Shown: positions 30,893-41,279 of the stretch, piece by piece | How the letters are laid out: each line of letters begins with the position of its first letter | How positions within the stretch are numbered: the stretch's first letter is position 1 | DNA from: Candidatus Woesearchaeota archaeon | Lineage (GTDB): Archaea; Nanobdellota; Nanobdellia; Woesearchaeales; UBA12501 | Direction: 5' to 3' | NCBI GenBank assembly: GCA_046484055.1 | Contig: JAWOBY010000066.1 | Span: 18,928-82,927 of the forward strand | DNA length: 64,000 nucleotides | Notes under the pieces: model-generated | Seen by the model: only the letters and a program-made list of their open reading frames with translations | The model's database searches: none | What the model was told of the DNA's origin: nothing | Position numbers and translations under genes: made by a program

Positions 30893-32101
30893 GTGGTAAA
30901 GGGAGCTAAAGACTATCTTGAGACCTACATGAACCGGAAATCGCTTTTCAATGATAAAAGCGCTTTACAGCCCAATTTCTTCCCTAAGAACGTAAAGCAC
31001 AGGGAGAATGAGGTAGAGCAGGTGACCAAGATTCTTGCCCCATCTCTGCGGATGAATAAACCATCCAATATCTTCCTGTACGGCAAGACAGGCACAGGGA
31101 AGACCCTCTGCGCAGGGCATGTAGCTGACCAGATTAGGGAGATCGCAAGGAAGAACAGCCTCCCGATAAATATAATATACATAAATTGCAAGCTGAAGAA
31201 GGTGACTGATACAGAATACAGGCTCATGGCCCAAGTGAGCCGTGAACTGGGGAAGGAGATACCTGCCACTGGCCTCCCCACAGATGAGGTATATAAGACA
31301 TTCTACGATGTCATTGATGAAAAAAAGCAGGTGCTGATACTTGTCCTTGATGAGATAGATCAGCTGGTCAAGAAGATAGGGGATGATATCCTCTACAACC
31401 TGACAAGGATAAACTCCGAGCTGAAGAACGCGCAGGTTTCTGTCCTGGGCATATCTAATGACCTTGTCTTTGCTGACAACCTTGATCCAAGGGTCAAGAG
31501 CTCCCTGTCAGAGGAGGAAATCATGTTCTACCCCTACAATGCCCTGCAGATACAGGATATACTGCGGGAGAGATCAGCAGCAGCATTCAATGAAGGGGCC
31601 CTGAGTTCAGGTGTTATAGAGAAATGCGCGGCCTACGCGGCCAGGGAGCATGGTGATGCGAGAAGGGCGCTTGAACTCTTGAGGACATCGGGTGAGCTTG
31701 CGGACAGGGAAGGAGAGGACAAGGTTGAACTCAAGCACATAGACCAGGCAGAGGAGAAGCTGGAGAGGGACAGGGTGGTGGATATAGTGCTTGCACAGCC
31801 TAAACAGTTCCAGGCCACGCTTTACGCGATACTATCAATCATGCCCGGCAAGGGCGGTGAGATATCAACAGGCGCGATATATGATTTTTACAGGAAACTC
31901 TGCTCCAAAACAGGGCTTAGGCCCTTGACACAGAGAAGAATATCTGATGTGGTGGCTGAACTCGACATGTTCGGCGTGATAAACGCGAAAGTCAGGTCAA
32001 AAGGCAGATACGGCAGGACAAGAGAGATAACCCTCGCTTTCCAGGAGGATATAATCCCAAAAATAAAGGAAATACTCATCTCGGATCTCGGCCTCAAATA
32101 G
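30893..32101 (+). CDS. cdc6: Orc1/Cdc6 replication initiator
   Basis: YGKTGTGKT, LDEID, LDPRVKSSL, HGDARRAL, C-terminal wH SKGRYGRT. Confidence 0.96.
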   Translation: MVKGAKDYLETYMNRKSLFNDKSALQPNFFPKNVKHRENEVEQVTKILAPSLRMNKPSNIFLYGKTGTGKTLCAGHVADQIREIARKNSLPINIIYINCKLKKVTDTEYRLMAQVSRELGKEIPATGLPTDEVYKTFYDVIDEKKQVLILVLDEIDQLVKKIGDDILYNLTRINSELKNAQVSVLGISNDLVFADNLDPRVKSSLSEEEIMFYPYNALQIQDILRERSAAAFNEGALSSGVIEKCAAYAAREHGDARRALELLRTSGELADREGEDKVELKHIDQAEEKLERDRVVDIVLAQPKQFQATLYAILSIMPGKGGEISTGAIYDFYRKLCSKTGLRPLTQRRISDVVAELDMFGVINAKVRSKGRYGRTREITLAFQEDIIPKIKEILISDLGLK

Positions 32102-32193
32102 GTTGGTCTGATTGGGGGGGGGTTGATTGAGGGCATAAATTGAGGATGTAACATGGCCTGAGCATATGCCGGAAGACAGCTAAAACAGTCAAA

Positions 32194-33864
32194 ATGGAAC
32201 AGGAATTTATGAGGAAAAGGGAGGCGGTGCATTTCTTCCTTGAAAGGAACCTGCTGTTATCCCCTGACATGGTCAAAAATTTCAGCAGCAGCTTCGGCAG
32301 AGAGGAATTCGAAGGATTATACAACTTCATAACGGACAAGTTAAAAGAGAAGAGGGAGAATGAGAACAAGGAAGGGGGGCTTCTCTTCGTAAACCATGAT
32401 ATAATCGAAGCAGCCAACAATCTTGAAGGGCTGGACTTCAACTGGGAGGACATAGAACGGTCAAGGGTGATGTATGAGAAGGATATCAACAGGACCACGT
32501 ACCTGCAGTTCCTTGAGAGTTTTAAGGAGGACATATTAGAGAAGTACAGCCCGCAGGGCGATCCTGAGGGGGGCGCAAGGGAGCTGGGAGGCAGTGAGGG
32601 CCTGCAGGACAAAGGTGTTAAGGTGGTGTCCTCTTATGATGAGGAGATAAAGAAAAAGGAGATACAGGATTTTGTCTGTTATTTCAACATGAGGTACAGT
32701 GCAATAAAGGGGATTCTCGAGAACAGGCAGGAGCTGCAACAGGCGGTTTCGATCAACAGGGTGCAGGGAATGAAAGAGAAGGGGTCTGTGGCGTTGATAG
32801 GTCTCGTGACAGAAAAATCCCTCACAAAGAACAATAACTATATTGTGACTCTGGAGGATCCGACAGGGACGATAAAGGTTCTGATAAACAAGAATAAACC
32901 TGAGACATACGAGTTGGCGCGGGAGCTGGTGCTTGACGAAGTGGTGGGGATTGCAGGAGCCAACGGGGACAATATTGTATTCGCGAACTCTCTCATCCTG
33001 CCTGACATACCCCTGCATAAGGAGATGAAGAGATCGCCCGAGGAGGAGTATGCCATCTTCCTTTCAGACATGCATGTCGGCAGCAACAATTTTCTGCCGG
33101 ATAACTTCAACAAATTCCTTGACTGGATAAACCAGAAAAGCGGTAATGATGCACAGAAGGAGATGGCATCTAAAGTGAAATACATCCTGATAATGGGAGA
33201 CCTTGTTGATGGTGTCGGGATATACCCCTCCCAGAACGAAGAGTTGGAGATAATGGACATATACGAGCAGTACAACGAATGCGCGAAATTGCTTGAAAGG
33301 ATACCCCCCCGCATACAGATAGTGATCTGCCCCGGCAACCACGATGCCATGAGGCTTTCCGAACCCCAGCCCCCCCTCTACAAGGATTTTGCAAAGGCAT
33401 TGTGGGAGCTCCCCAATGTGACTCTGGTGAGCAACCCATCTATGGTTAATATAGGGGCCACAGATGATTTTCCTGGTTTCGATATCCTAATGTACCACGG
33501 CTACAGCTTTGATTATTTTGTAGCTAATGTTGACTCTATACGCGAGGGAGGGGGGTACAACCGGGCGGACCTTATAATGAAATTCCTACTCCAGAGAAGG
33601 CATCTGGCCCCCTCGCATTCAGCCACTCTCTACATGCCTGACATCAATAAAGATCCGCTTGTCATCGATAAGATACCTGACTTTTTTGCTACAGGGCATA
33701 TCCACAAGGCCGCAGCAGCGAATTACAGGAACATAACAATGATATGCGGCTCATGCTGGCAGTCCAAGACATCCTTTCAGGAGAAAGTCGGCCACGAGCC
33801 TGAGCCGGCCAGGGTCCCCATGGTGAATCTCCAGACAAGACAGATGAAAATGCTGAAATTTTAA
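32194..33864 (+). CDS. polB: DNA polymerase D small subunit DP1
   Basis: OB fold LEDPTG; SDMHVGS, GDLVDGVGIYP, PGNHD, YHG, GHIH phosphoesterase motifs. Confidence 0.96.
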   Translation: MEQEFMRKREAVHFFLERNLLLSPDMVKNFSSSFGREEFEGLYNFITDKLKEKRENENKEGGLLFVNHDIIEAANNLEGLDFNWEDIERSRVMYEKDINRTTYLQFLESFKEDILEKYSPQGDPEGGARELGGSEGLQDKGVKVVSSYDEEIKKKEIQDFVCYFNMRYSAIKGILENRQELQQAVSINRVQGMKEKGSVALIGLVTEKSLTKNNNYIVTLEDPTGTIKVLINKNKPETYELARELVLDEVVGIAGANGDNIVFANSLILPDIPLHKEMKRSPEEEYAIFLSDMHVGSNNFLPDNFNKFLDWINQKSGNDAQKEMASKVKYILIMGDLVDGVGIYPSQNEELEIMDIYEQYNECAKLLERIPPRIQIVICPGNHDAMRLSEPQPPLYKDFAKALWELPNVTLVSNPSMVNIGATDDFPGFDILMYHGYSFDYFVANVDSIREGGGYNRADLIMKFLLQRRHLAPSHSATLYMPDINKDPLVIDKIPDFFATGHIHKAAAANYRNITMICGSCWQSKTSFQEKVGHEPEPARVPMVNLQTRQMKMLKF

Positions 33865-33918
33865 TATGTGCTGTTTATAGACCATACCATTCAAACATGA
33901 AAAAATGAGAGGACAAAA

Positions 33919-34638
33919 ATGAAGCAGAAAGCCATAATATTTGATTTTGATGACACTCTTGTTATGACCAAAGAGATATCCATAAACAAGCACAAAGAGG
34001 CTGCCAGACGGCTTGGCATAAGTTTCGATGAGAACGAGCTCATCAAGAGGTGGGGTATGCCATGGCCCGCTCTTCTTCACGAGTTCATGGGCGACCGGAC
34101 TGAAGAATTCATCAGTATGATGGGAGGGATGGACGAGTTCAGGATCAGGAGATTCAAAGGCGCAAACAAGGCGATATCAGAAGCAAGGGGGAAGGGAGCG
34201 CTACTCGGCATACTCTCATCAAGCGAAAGAGATTGGATTCTGCAGAAGTCAAAAGACGCGGGCATAAGGCTGGATCTCTTTGAAGGGGACCTTGTCTTCT
34301 CCAGTGAGGATGTGAGGAGACACAAGCCGCATCCCAAATCCTTTGAGGTGATCATCGATAAGCTGAAGGTGAAAGGCATATCAAAAAGCGAGATCACATA
34401 CTGCGGCGACAGCCTGATGGACTTCAGGACCTCCTCTGCCGCAGGCGTGAATTTCATTGCAGTCACCACCGGCTTCGCAACAACTGAGGATTTCATCAGA
34501 GAGGGGGTGGAAAGAGAGAACATAATCGATTCAATCGCCGGCCTTCCGGAAATATTAGATAAATCAGAGGGATCATGCGGCACGGAAGAGGGGGGAACCC
34601 TTCCTACTGCGGCAGCTGAAAGCCAGGGAGGTAAATAA
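33919..34638 (+). CDS. HAD-superfamily hydrolase
   Basis: FDFDDTL, KPHP and GDS..D motifs. Confidence 0.9.
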   Translation: MKQKAIIFDFDDTLVMTKEISINKHKEAARRLGISFDENELIKRWGMPWPALLHEFMGDRTEEFISMMGGMDEFRIRRFKGANKAISEARGKGALLGILSSSERDWILQKSKDAGIRLDLFEGDLVFSSEDVRRHKPHPKSFEVIIDKLKVKGISKSEITYCGDSLMDFRTSSAAGVNFIAVTTGFATTEDFIREGVERENIIDSIAGLPEILDKSEGSCGTEEGGTLPTAAAESQGGK

Positions 34639-37600
34639 TGGGTGAGACCACAAGCGCCAGCCCGGCCATGAACGCTTATTTTGAATCATTGTACAAGGAG
34701 CTGGACAAGGAATATGCTATAGCTGAAAAAGCCAGGAAGAAAGGCTATGATCCCGAGGAGAGGGTGGATGTGCCTCTCGCAAGAAACATGGCTGAGAGGG
34801 TTGAGGGACTGATATCTGCGGAGGCCCCGGAGATTACCGGCAAGGGCATGACTGAAAGGATTCAGGAGCTGGAGAACCAATACGGTGCGCTTGCCTGGGA
34901 GGTCGCCCTGATAATCGCGGAAGAGGTGGCGAAGGAGAAATTCTGCAAATTTGAGGACAGGAAAAAGGCGATAGAGACCAGCATAAGAGTAGGGATGGCC
35001 TACTCCACAGCAGGAATCGTTGCGGCCCCCCTTGAGGGTTTTGTGGAGATAAGGTTCAAGAAGAGGAAGGATGGCAATGAATACCTGGCATTGTGTTATG
35101 CGGGGCCCATAAGGGGTGCGGGCGGCACAGCGGCCGCATTCTCTGTTCTGATCGCTGATTATGTGAGAGGGAAGCTCGGTTACGCGGGTTATGATCCTGA
35201 TGAGTCAGAGATAAAAAGGTTCTCCACTGAGATCGATGATTATCATGAGAGAGTGACCAACCTCCAGTACCACCCCACGAATGAGGAGGTTGAGTTCCTT
35301 GTCAGGAACCTTCAGGTTGAGGTTGATGGTGATCCGACTGAGCAGATAACAGTCTCCAATCATAAAGGTCTTGACAGGATAGTTACAGACCGGATAAGGG
35401 GTGGTGTCTGCCTTGTGCTTGCGGAAGGACTTGCCCAGAAAGCACCCAAGCTCTGGAAGAGACTGAAGCAGTGGGGCGGCAAGTTTGACCTTGAATGGGG
35501 GTTTCTGGAGGAATTCCTTGACATTCAGAAGAAGATAAAAGGAAAGCTTGAAACCAAGGAGGGGAAGAAACTCACACCCAATTATGTCTACATCACTGAT
35601 CTTGTGGCCGGCAGGCCCGTCCTCACACACCCGATGAAGGCAGGCGGTTTCAGGCTCCGTTACGGCAGGAGCAGGACATCAGGATTCTCCGCATGTTCAA
35701 TCCATCCGGCCACCCAGCTTGTGCTCAACAAATACATCGCCACAGGCACACAGATAAAGGTTGAGAGGCCCGGCAAAGCGGCGGCGGTGACAGTATGCGA
35801 TACCATAGAAGGCCCGATAGTAAAGCTTGAAAGCGGTAAAGTGGTACAGCTTAAGTCCGGAGAGGATTTCAGGATGTTAGGTGAGAAGATAACAGAGATA
35901 TTATTCCTGGGGGACATACTGTTCAATTACGGGGATTTTTCAGAGAACAATCACATGCTCGTCCCTCCTGGTTATTGTGAGGAGTGGTATCTCAAGGAGC
36001 TGGAAAAGGGGATGGTGGATAATTTCGGAACAATAGATATTGAGAAGCTTTCACATATGGCAGGCGTTGAGCCCGGGAAGATAAAGGGTTTTTTCAGCGA
36101 TCCCCACCGCAACACCCCTGCCTTTGATGACGTTCTTGCGTTGTCCAAATCCCTCAATGTTCCCCTCCACCCTGCATACACCTATTACTGGAGTACGATA
36201 GGAAAGGATGATTACATCTCACTCATGGAATGGCTGATGAAATGCAAGATCGAGAGGAAGGGGGGCGCATGCAAGATGATCATCCCCTCTGATGATGCAG
36301 GGAAAAGGACTCTCGAGCTTGTGGGGGTGCCTCACACTCTCGCTTCCAATGAATTCGTGGTCATCGAGGATGAGCACTCAAAAGCGCTCATGGCCAACAT
36401 CGGCGCGGGGGAAGACGGGTCCGGAATACAATCAGCGATCCAGAAAGCGCATGAAGCCGGAACCGATGATGTGCTGGAGATAATCAACAAGACCGCAGGA
36501 GTAAGGATAAGGGACAAGGCGGGAACATTCATAGGCGCCAGGATGGGCAGACCTGAAAAGGCAAAGATGAGAAAGCTCACCGGCAGCCCGCAGGTCCTCT
36601 TTCCTGTAGGTGAGGAAGGGGGCAGGCTCAGGTGCTTCCAGTCCGCATTAGAGAAAGGGCAGATAACCGCTGATTTCCCTGTATACAAGTGCAACCAATG
36701 CGAAAAAGAGACGATATACAGGATCTGCGAATCATGCGGTAACAGGGCCACAAGAATATACAATTGCAGGACGTGCGGGCCTAAAGAGACCAGCGAATGC
36801 CCCGCTCACGGGGAGACTGACGCTTACACCAGGAAGAGTATAGACATAAAGCATTTCTTCAACTCAAGCCTCAAGATGCTGGGCATGAGAAGCTACCCTG
36901 ACCTGATAAAGGGTGTGAAAGGGACGTCCAATAAGGACCACACACCTGAACATCTTGCCAAAGGGCTGTTGAGGGCCAAACATGAGATATATGTCAATAA
37001 GGACGGCACGACACGTTACGACATGACCGAACTGCCCATAACCCATTTCAAGCCCAAGGAGATAAAGACATCAATTGAGAAGCTGAAAGAGCTCGGTTAT
37101 GAGAAGGACATAAGGGGCATGCCGCTTGAGGATGAGGAGCAGGTGCTTGAGCTCAAACCCCAGGACCTGATACTCCCCTCCACACAGTATTCCATGGATG
37201 AGGCCGCGGATGAGATACTTTACAGGACAGCCAATTTTGTTGATGACCTCCTGAGGAACTTTTACGGGCTTAAGCCGTACTATGATCTCAAGAGCAAACA
37301 AGGGGTGGTCGGGAGGCTTGTTATAGGCCTCGCCCCCCACATCTCAGCAGGGATAATAGGGAGAGTGATAGGATTCTCTGAGACGCAGGGGTGCTGCACC
37401 CATCCATTATGGCATGCAGCTATGAGGCGTGACTGCGATGGTGATGAAGCCTGCGTCATGCTCCTTATGGATGCGCTGCTGAACTTCTCCAGGCAATACC
37501 TGCCTGACAAGAGGGGGGGCAGGACAATGGACAGCCCTCTTGTCCTCACAGCAACAGTAGTGCCGAGCGAGGTCGATGACATGGTCCACGGACTGGACAT

Positions 37601-38186
37601 TGTATATGATTATCCGCTTGAATTCTATGAGGCCGCCCTCAGCTACAAATACCCTTATGAAGTGGATGTGGAGCAGCTGAAGAAACGCCTCAGCACCGAG
37701 GGGCAGTATGAAGGCCTCGGTTTCACACACGACACCAGCAATATCAACGCAGGAGTCAACTGCTCATCCTACAAGACCCTGCCGTCAATGGAGGAAAAAC
37801 TGAAGGGGCAGATGGAGCTTGCGGAAAGGATAAGGGCTGTTGATGAGGCGGATGTGGCAAGGCTTGTCATAGAAAAGCACTTCCTGAAGGATACCAAGGG
37901 TAATCTGAGAAAGTTTTCCATGCAGGAATTCAGGTGCTCAAAATGCAACGAGAAATTCAGGAGGCCGCCTCTGCTGGGCAGGTGCACCAACTGCGGGGGC
38001 AACATCATCTTCACAATATCAGAGGGTTCTGTCATAAAATACCTTGAGCCATCCGTAAGCCTGGCTAACAAGTACAATGTGCCCCCATACCTGAAGCAGT
38101 CCCTCGAACTCGTCAAGAGGAGGGTCGAGGGTGTGTTCGGAAGAGAGAAAGAGGTGCAGAAGGGACTGGGGGCCTGGTTCGGCTGA
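34638..38186 (+). CDS. polC: DNA polymerase D large subunit DP2 (no intein)
   Basis: AGPIRGAGGT, GFRLRYGRSR, RMGRPEKA, RRDCDGDE, Zn fingers, C-terminal PIP-like QKGLGAWF. Confidence 0.98.
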   Translation: MGETTSASPAMNAYFESLYKELDKEYAIAEKARKKGYDPEERVDVPLARNMAERVEGLISAEAPEITGKGMTERIQELENQYGALAWEVALIIAEEVAKEKFCKFEDRKKAIETSIRVGMAYSTAGIVAAPLEGFVEIRFKKRKDGNEYLALCYAGPIRGAGGTAAAFSVLIADYVRGKLGYAGYDPDESEIKRFSTEIDDYHERVTNLQYHPTNEEVEFLVRNLQVEVDGDPTEQITVSNHKGLDRIVTDRIRGGVCLVLAEGLAQKAPKLWKRLKQWGGKFDLEWGFLEEFLDIQKKIKGKLETKEGKKLTPNYVYITDLVAGRPVLTHPMKAGGFRLRYGRSRTSGFSACSIHPATQLVLNKYIATGTQIKVERPGKAAAVTVCDTIEGPIVKLESGKVVQLKSGEDFRMLGEKITEILFLGDILFNYGDFSENNHMLVPPGYCEEWYLKELEKGMVDNFGTIDIEKLSHMAGVEPGKIKGFFSDPHRNTPAFDDVLALSKSLNVPLHPAYTYYWSTIGKDDYISLMEWLMKCKIERKGGACKMIIPSDDAGKRTLELVGVPHTLASNEFVVIEDEHSKALMANIGAGEDGSGIQSAIQKAHEAGTDDVLEIINKTAGVRIRDKAGTFIGARMGRPEKAKMRKLTGSPQVLFPVGEEGGRLRCFQSALEKGQITADFPVYKCNQCEKETIYRICESCGNRATRIYNCRTCGPKETSECPAHGETDAYTRKSIDIKHFFNSSLKMLGMRSYPDLIKGVKGTSNKDHTPEHLAKGLLRAKHEIYVNKDGTTRYDMTELPITHFKPKEIKTSIEKLKELGYEKDIRGMPLEDEEQVLELKPQDLILPSTQYSMDEAADEILYRTANFVDDLLRNFYGLKPYYDLKSKQGVVGRLVIGLAPHISAGIIGRVIGFSETQGCCTHPLWHAAMRRDCDGDEACVMLLMDALLNFSRQYLPDKRGGRTMDSPLVLTATVVPSEVDDMVHGLDIVYDYPLEFYEAALSYKYPYEVDVEQLKKRLSTEGQYEGLGFTHDTSNINAGVNCSSYKTLPSMEEKLKGQMELAERIRAVDEADVARLVIEKHFLKDTKGNLRKFSMQEFRCSKCNEKFRRPPLLGRCTNCGGNIIFTISEGSVIKYLEPSVSLANKYNVPPYLKQSLELVKRRVEGVFGREKEVQKGLGAWFG

Positions 38187-38435
38187 TCATCCTGCTGATG
38201 GAAAAAACTATATTAGGGGTATAGCTGGAAAAGGGCATGAGAAATGAACAGGCAGGGTGCGACTGCGATGGCCGTTTCCTGGAATACTGGACAAAATACA
38301 CTCACGATATTGAGGAGATGAAGAGCAAATCGGGGGGTGCTGAGGGGGATGGAGGCGACAATGTTGTCGCTGAAGCCTCCGGCGGGCCAGGTGGAGAGAC
38401 ATGATACATCATGAACACTGCATCTTGTTTGGAGG

Positions 38436-38738
38436 TTAATCCTCCTTCATCAGCATACACTGCGCGTGGGGGATTCCTTTTATTCTTATTATGTTCTTCT
38501 CGTCCACAAGCTTCCTGTCTGTAAAGAATTTTACCGATTCCTCACCGGTTATGTTGACAGAACAAGGCCCCTTCAGCTCATTCTCAAGCTTCTCCTCAGC
38601 CATCTCCTCCCCATTATAGAATGGGGATCCCAGGTCGAGCTGGAGTTCCCCTTCCTCAAATCTCCTGCCTGCAATGTCAGTGTCGCATACTGCTATGACC
38701 TTCTTCCCGTCCGCTCCCTTATGCACTTTGACTATCAT
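38436..38738 (-). CDS. DUF424-family protein
   Basis: IAVCD, FYNGE, NITGE, I.GIPHAQ. Confidence 0.85.
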   Translation of the reverse strand: MIVKVHKGADGKKVIAVCDTDIAGRRFEEGELQLDLGSPFYNGEEMAEEKLENELKGPCSVNITGEESVKFFTDRKLVDEKNIIRIKGIPHAQCMLMKED

Positions 38739-38782
38739 TCTTCACACCGCTTCCAGAATTTCATCAGGAGAATATGATTATA

Positions 38783-39190
38783 TCATGTTATGGATTTGAC
38801 AGGATGCTTTGCTCCGCAGGCCATGCATTTGAGGTAAGTCAAATTCTTTTCCTTCTCGAGCTTGGTGTCGGGCTTTCCGCACTGCGGGCAGAGGACGAAT
38901 TCAGCGGCGTATTTCCTTATCTTCTCGTTTATCTTTGAGGCAGGTACCTTTGTCTTGAATATCAACAGTGAGCCTCTCATGTCGCCCGGCGTGGCCAGTT
39001 CTTTCAGAAGGTATTTTATCATGTGGTTGAGGTCCCTGCCGAGTGTGCCTGCTATCTGGCCGAAATTGCTGACAACAGTCTTGTTGCCTTCTATGTGCCC
39101 TTTAACCTTCGGTATCTCGAACCTGCTCTTCTGGATCGCGGATTCAGGCAGTTCACTCATCCCCCTCTCAAGAAGATTCTCGTATTCCAT
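38783..39190 (-). CDS. eif2b: Translation initiation factor aIF-2 beta
   Basis: RFEIP, GNKTVVSNF, CPQCGKPDT, CMACGA. Confidence 0.95.
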   Translation of the reverse strand: MEYENLLERGMSELPESAIQKSRFEIPKVKGHIEGNKTVVSNFGQIAGTLGRDLNHMIKYLLKELATPGDMRGSLLIFKTKVPASKINEKIRKYAAEFVLCPQCGKPDTKLEKEKNLTYLKCMACGAKHPVKSIT

Positions 39191-39417
39191 AGTCCCACTT
39201 ATGTGAAGAGGCTTATTTATAATCTTTTTGGTTTCTCTGATCCCTTCTCTCTGGCCCATTTACCATATTCCTCCTCTCTGCCACAACCCCTCATCTCCCT
39301 TCTGACAGCCCCTTTTGGCAGCTTTACAGCGGTCCGGAGACCTGTTGGGTGGCCAGTGCCGAAAAGGGACATTTAAGAAACATTTAAATATGCTTTCTTA
39401 ATTGGGTGTGTAAAAAG

Positions 39418-40269
39418 ATGGTGCTGGAATCATTAACAAACCCTTACAATGCAGAGAAGCATCCATGGGAGATGTTCTTCATCGGACTGGTATATTCCAG
39501 TGTTGCGATATTCCTGAGCCTGCAGATATTCGAGAGCATGGCTGGCATGATATCTGTTTTCATAACAGTGATGGCTTCAATACCCATCATGTATTCCACC
39601 ATAAAGTTTGAGGAGAAGAAGGACCTGTCAGGGCTCAAGGAGGTGTTCCTTCTCAAGGAGCATTCGAGGGCGCTCATGCTCTTCACCTTCCTGTTCCTAG
39701 GGGTGATGGTGGCCTATACCTTATGGTATATTTTTCTTCCTGTGGAGAGCGTTCACAATCTTTTCTCGATACAGATAGAGACCATCAGGAACATAAACTC
39801 CAATGTAGTCGGCTATTCCTCATCCATGTACTCCTCATTCCTCAAGATATTCACCAATAATGTCAAGGTATTGATGTTCTGCATACTCTTCGCTTTCTTC
39901 TACGGGGCGGGGGCCATATTCATACTGACATGGAACGCTTCTGTCATAGCTGTTGCGATAGGCACTTTCTTCAGGAACAATATCTCATCCTATGCTCATG
40001 CGGCGGGGCTGCACAAGCTGGGGGGTTACTTCCATATATTCTCAATAAGCTTCCTGAGATACATGGTGCATGGGCTTCCTGAAATCCTGGCCTATTTTGT
40101 CGGCGGCCTTGCGGGAGGCATAATCTCTGTCGCGGTGATAAAGCATGATTTCAGGTCAAAGAACTTTGAGAAGATACTCCTTGACGCTGCGGACCTGATA
40201 CTGATCGCTTTTGCCCTCCTGGTGGTGGGCGGCCTGATCGAGGTTTATATAACTCCCTCTCTGTTCTGA
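39418..40269 (+). CDS. Stage II sporulation protein M-family membrane protein
   Basis: IFTNN, LTWNA, HGLPEI, GLIEVYITP. Confidence 0.85.
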   Translation: MVLESLTNPYNAEKHPWEMFFIGLVYSSVAIFLSLQIFESMAGMISVFITVMASIPIMYSTIKFEEKKDLSGLKEVFLLKEHSRALMLFTFLFLGVMVAYTLWYIFLPVESVHNLFSIQIETIRNINSNVVGYSSSMYSSFLKIFTNNVKVLMFCILFAFFYGAGAIFILTWNASVIAVAIGTFFRNNISSYAHAAGLHKLGGYFHIFSISFLRYMVHGLPEILAYFVGGLAGGIISVAVIKHDFRSKNFEKILLDAADLILIAFALLVVGGLIEVYITPSLF

Positions 40270-40355
40270 TCGGACAGGGGTGCTGGCTTGGCAGGGTTGA
40301 TCAGATGAGCAATATGTCAGATAAATAATGCAAGTATGGTCAGAGAATCAGAGTG

Positions 40356-41216
40356 TCAAAGTGTTTTGACCCTGCCTGGCCTTAATTCAAATATCTCCCC
40401 TCTTTCCAGAAGCTTGTTTATCAGTTCTTCCCCTTCATCACCAGAGTACTGCTCAGAATATTGCTTTATCACCTCGTCGGTGTCAACTCCATCCCCATCA
40501 TCAAGGTTTTTTATGCATTCTATCATCATTTCAGCGGGCGTCTTCTCACCTGCATCCTCATCACTCTCTTCCCTGCCGGACTGAATCCCTTCATCACTGT
40601 CGGTTGCGCCATGGCTTGTCTTTCCGTTCTCCTGCGCAGAGGGCACTGGTTTATCTTCAATAGCTTCCTCTGCAAACCCTTCTTCAGGACCCTTGTGGGC
40701 CTCCATTTCACCTGATGTTCCGGCCTTCTGGCTTATGCCTGTGCTATCAGGGCCTGATTTCTTTTCCTGCCTGCCTTCACCCTCGGGATGATCTTCCGCT
40801 GTATTCTCTTCCGTCCCTGCCCACTGCCTCCTCTCCAGCTCAACTTTCCTCAACTCTGCCCATCGCTTGTCCTCCAATACCTTTATTATCTCGGGCACCA
40901 GATACATCTCATTGCTGTACTCTCTCGGCTTGCCGATGACAAGCACCATATCCCCCACATTAACCTCTGAGAGTGAGGGGCTGCTGTCAAAGGACCTTGC
41001 AGGGATCCTTCCTGTCCCGTCGTCGAGCATGAGGGTGCCATCCCCCTCATCACCTCCTCCCTTTGATACCACTGCGCCTATGATATTCACGCGGGAGACA
41101 CTGTTCCCGTGGATGGTCACGTAATTCGGCTCCCACCCTTCCTGAACAACATACTTTCCATTAAGAATCTCGCTTATCTTCACCTTGAATGCGGTCTGTC
41201 TTTGTCTTGTTTCCAT
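40356..41216 (-). CDS. OB-fold RPA32/RPA-associated-like protein with acidic linker and C-terminal winged helix
   Basis: RVNIIG.VV, LDDGTG.I, VIGKPREY, GEIFELRPG. Confidence 0.8.
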   Translation of the reverse strand: METRQRQTAFKVKISEILNGKYVVQEGWEPNYVTIHGNSVSRVNIIGAVVSKGGGDEGDGTLMLDDGTGRIPARSFDSSPSLSEVNVGDMVLVIGKPREYSNEMYLVPEIIKVLEDKRWAELRKVELERRQWAGTEENTAEDHPEGEGRQEKKSGPDSTGISQKAGTSGEMEAHKGPEEGFAEEAIEDKPVPSAQENGKTSHGATDSDEGIQSGREESDEDAGEKTPAEMMIECIKNLDDGDGVDTDEVIKQYSEQYSGDEGEELINKLLERGEIFELRPGRVKTL

Positions 41217-41279
41217 GATGATGTACGCTCTTATGATGCACTATGATGTTCTCGTATCCCCTTCATCTTATTGCGGGCC

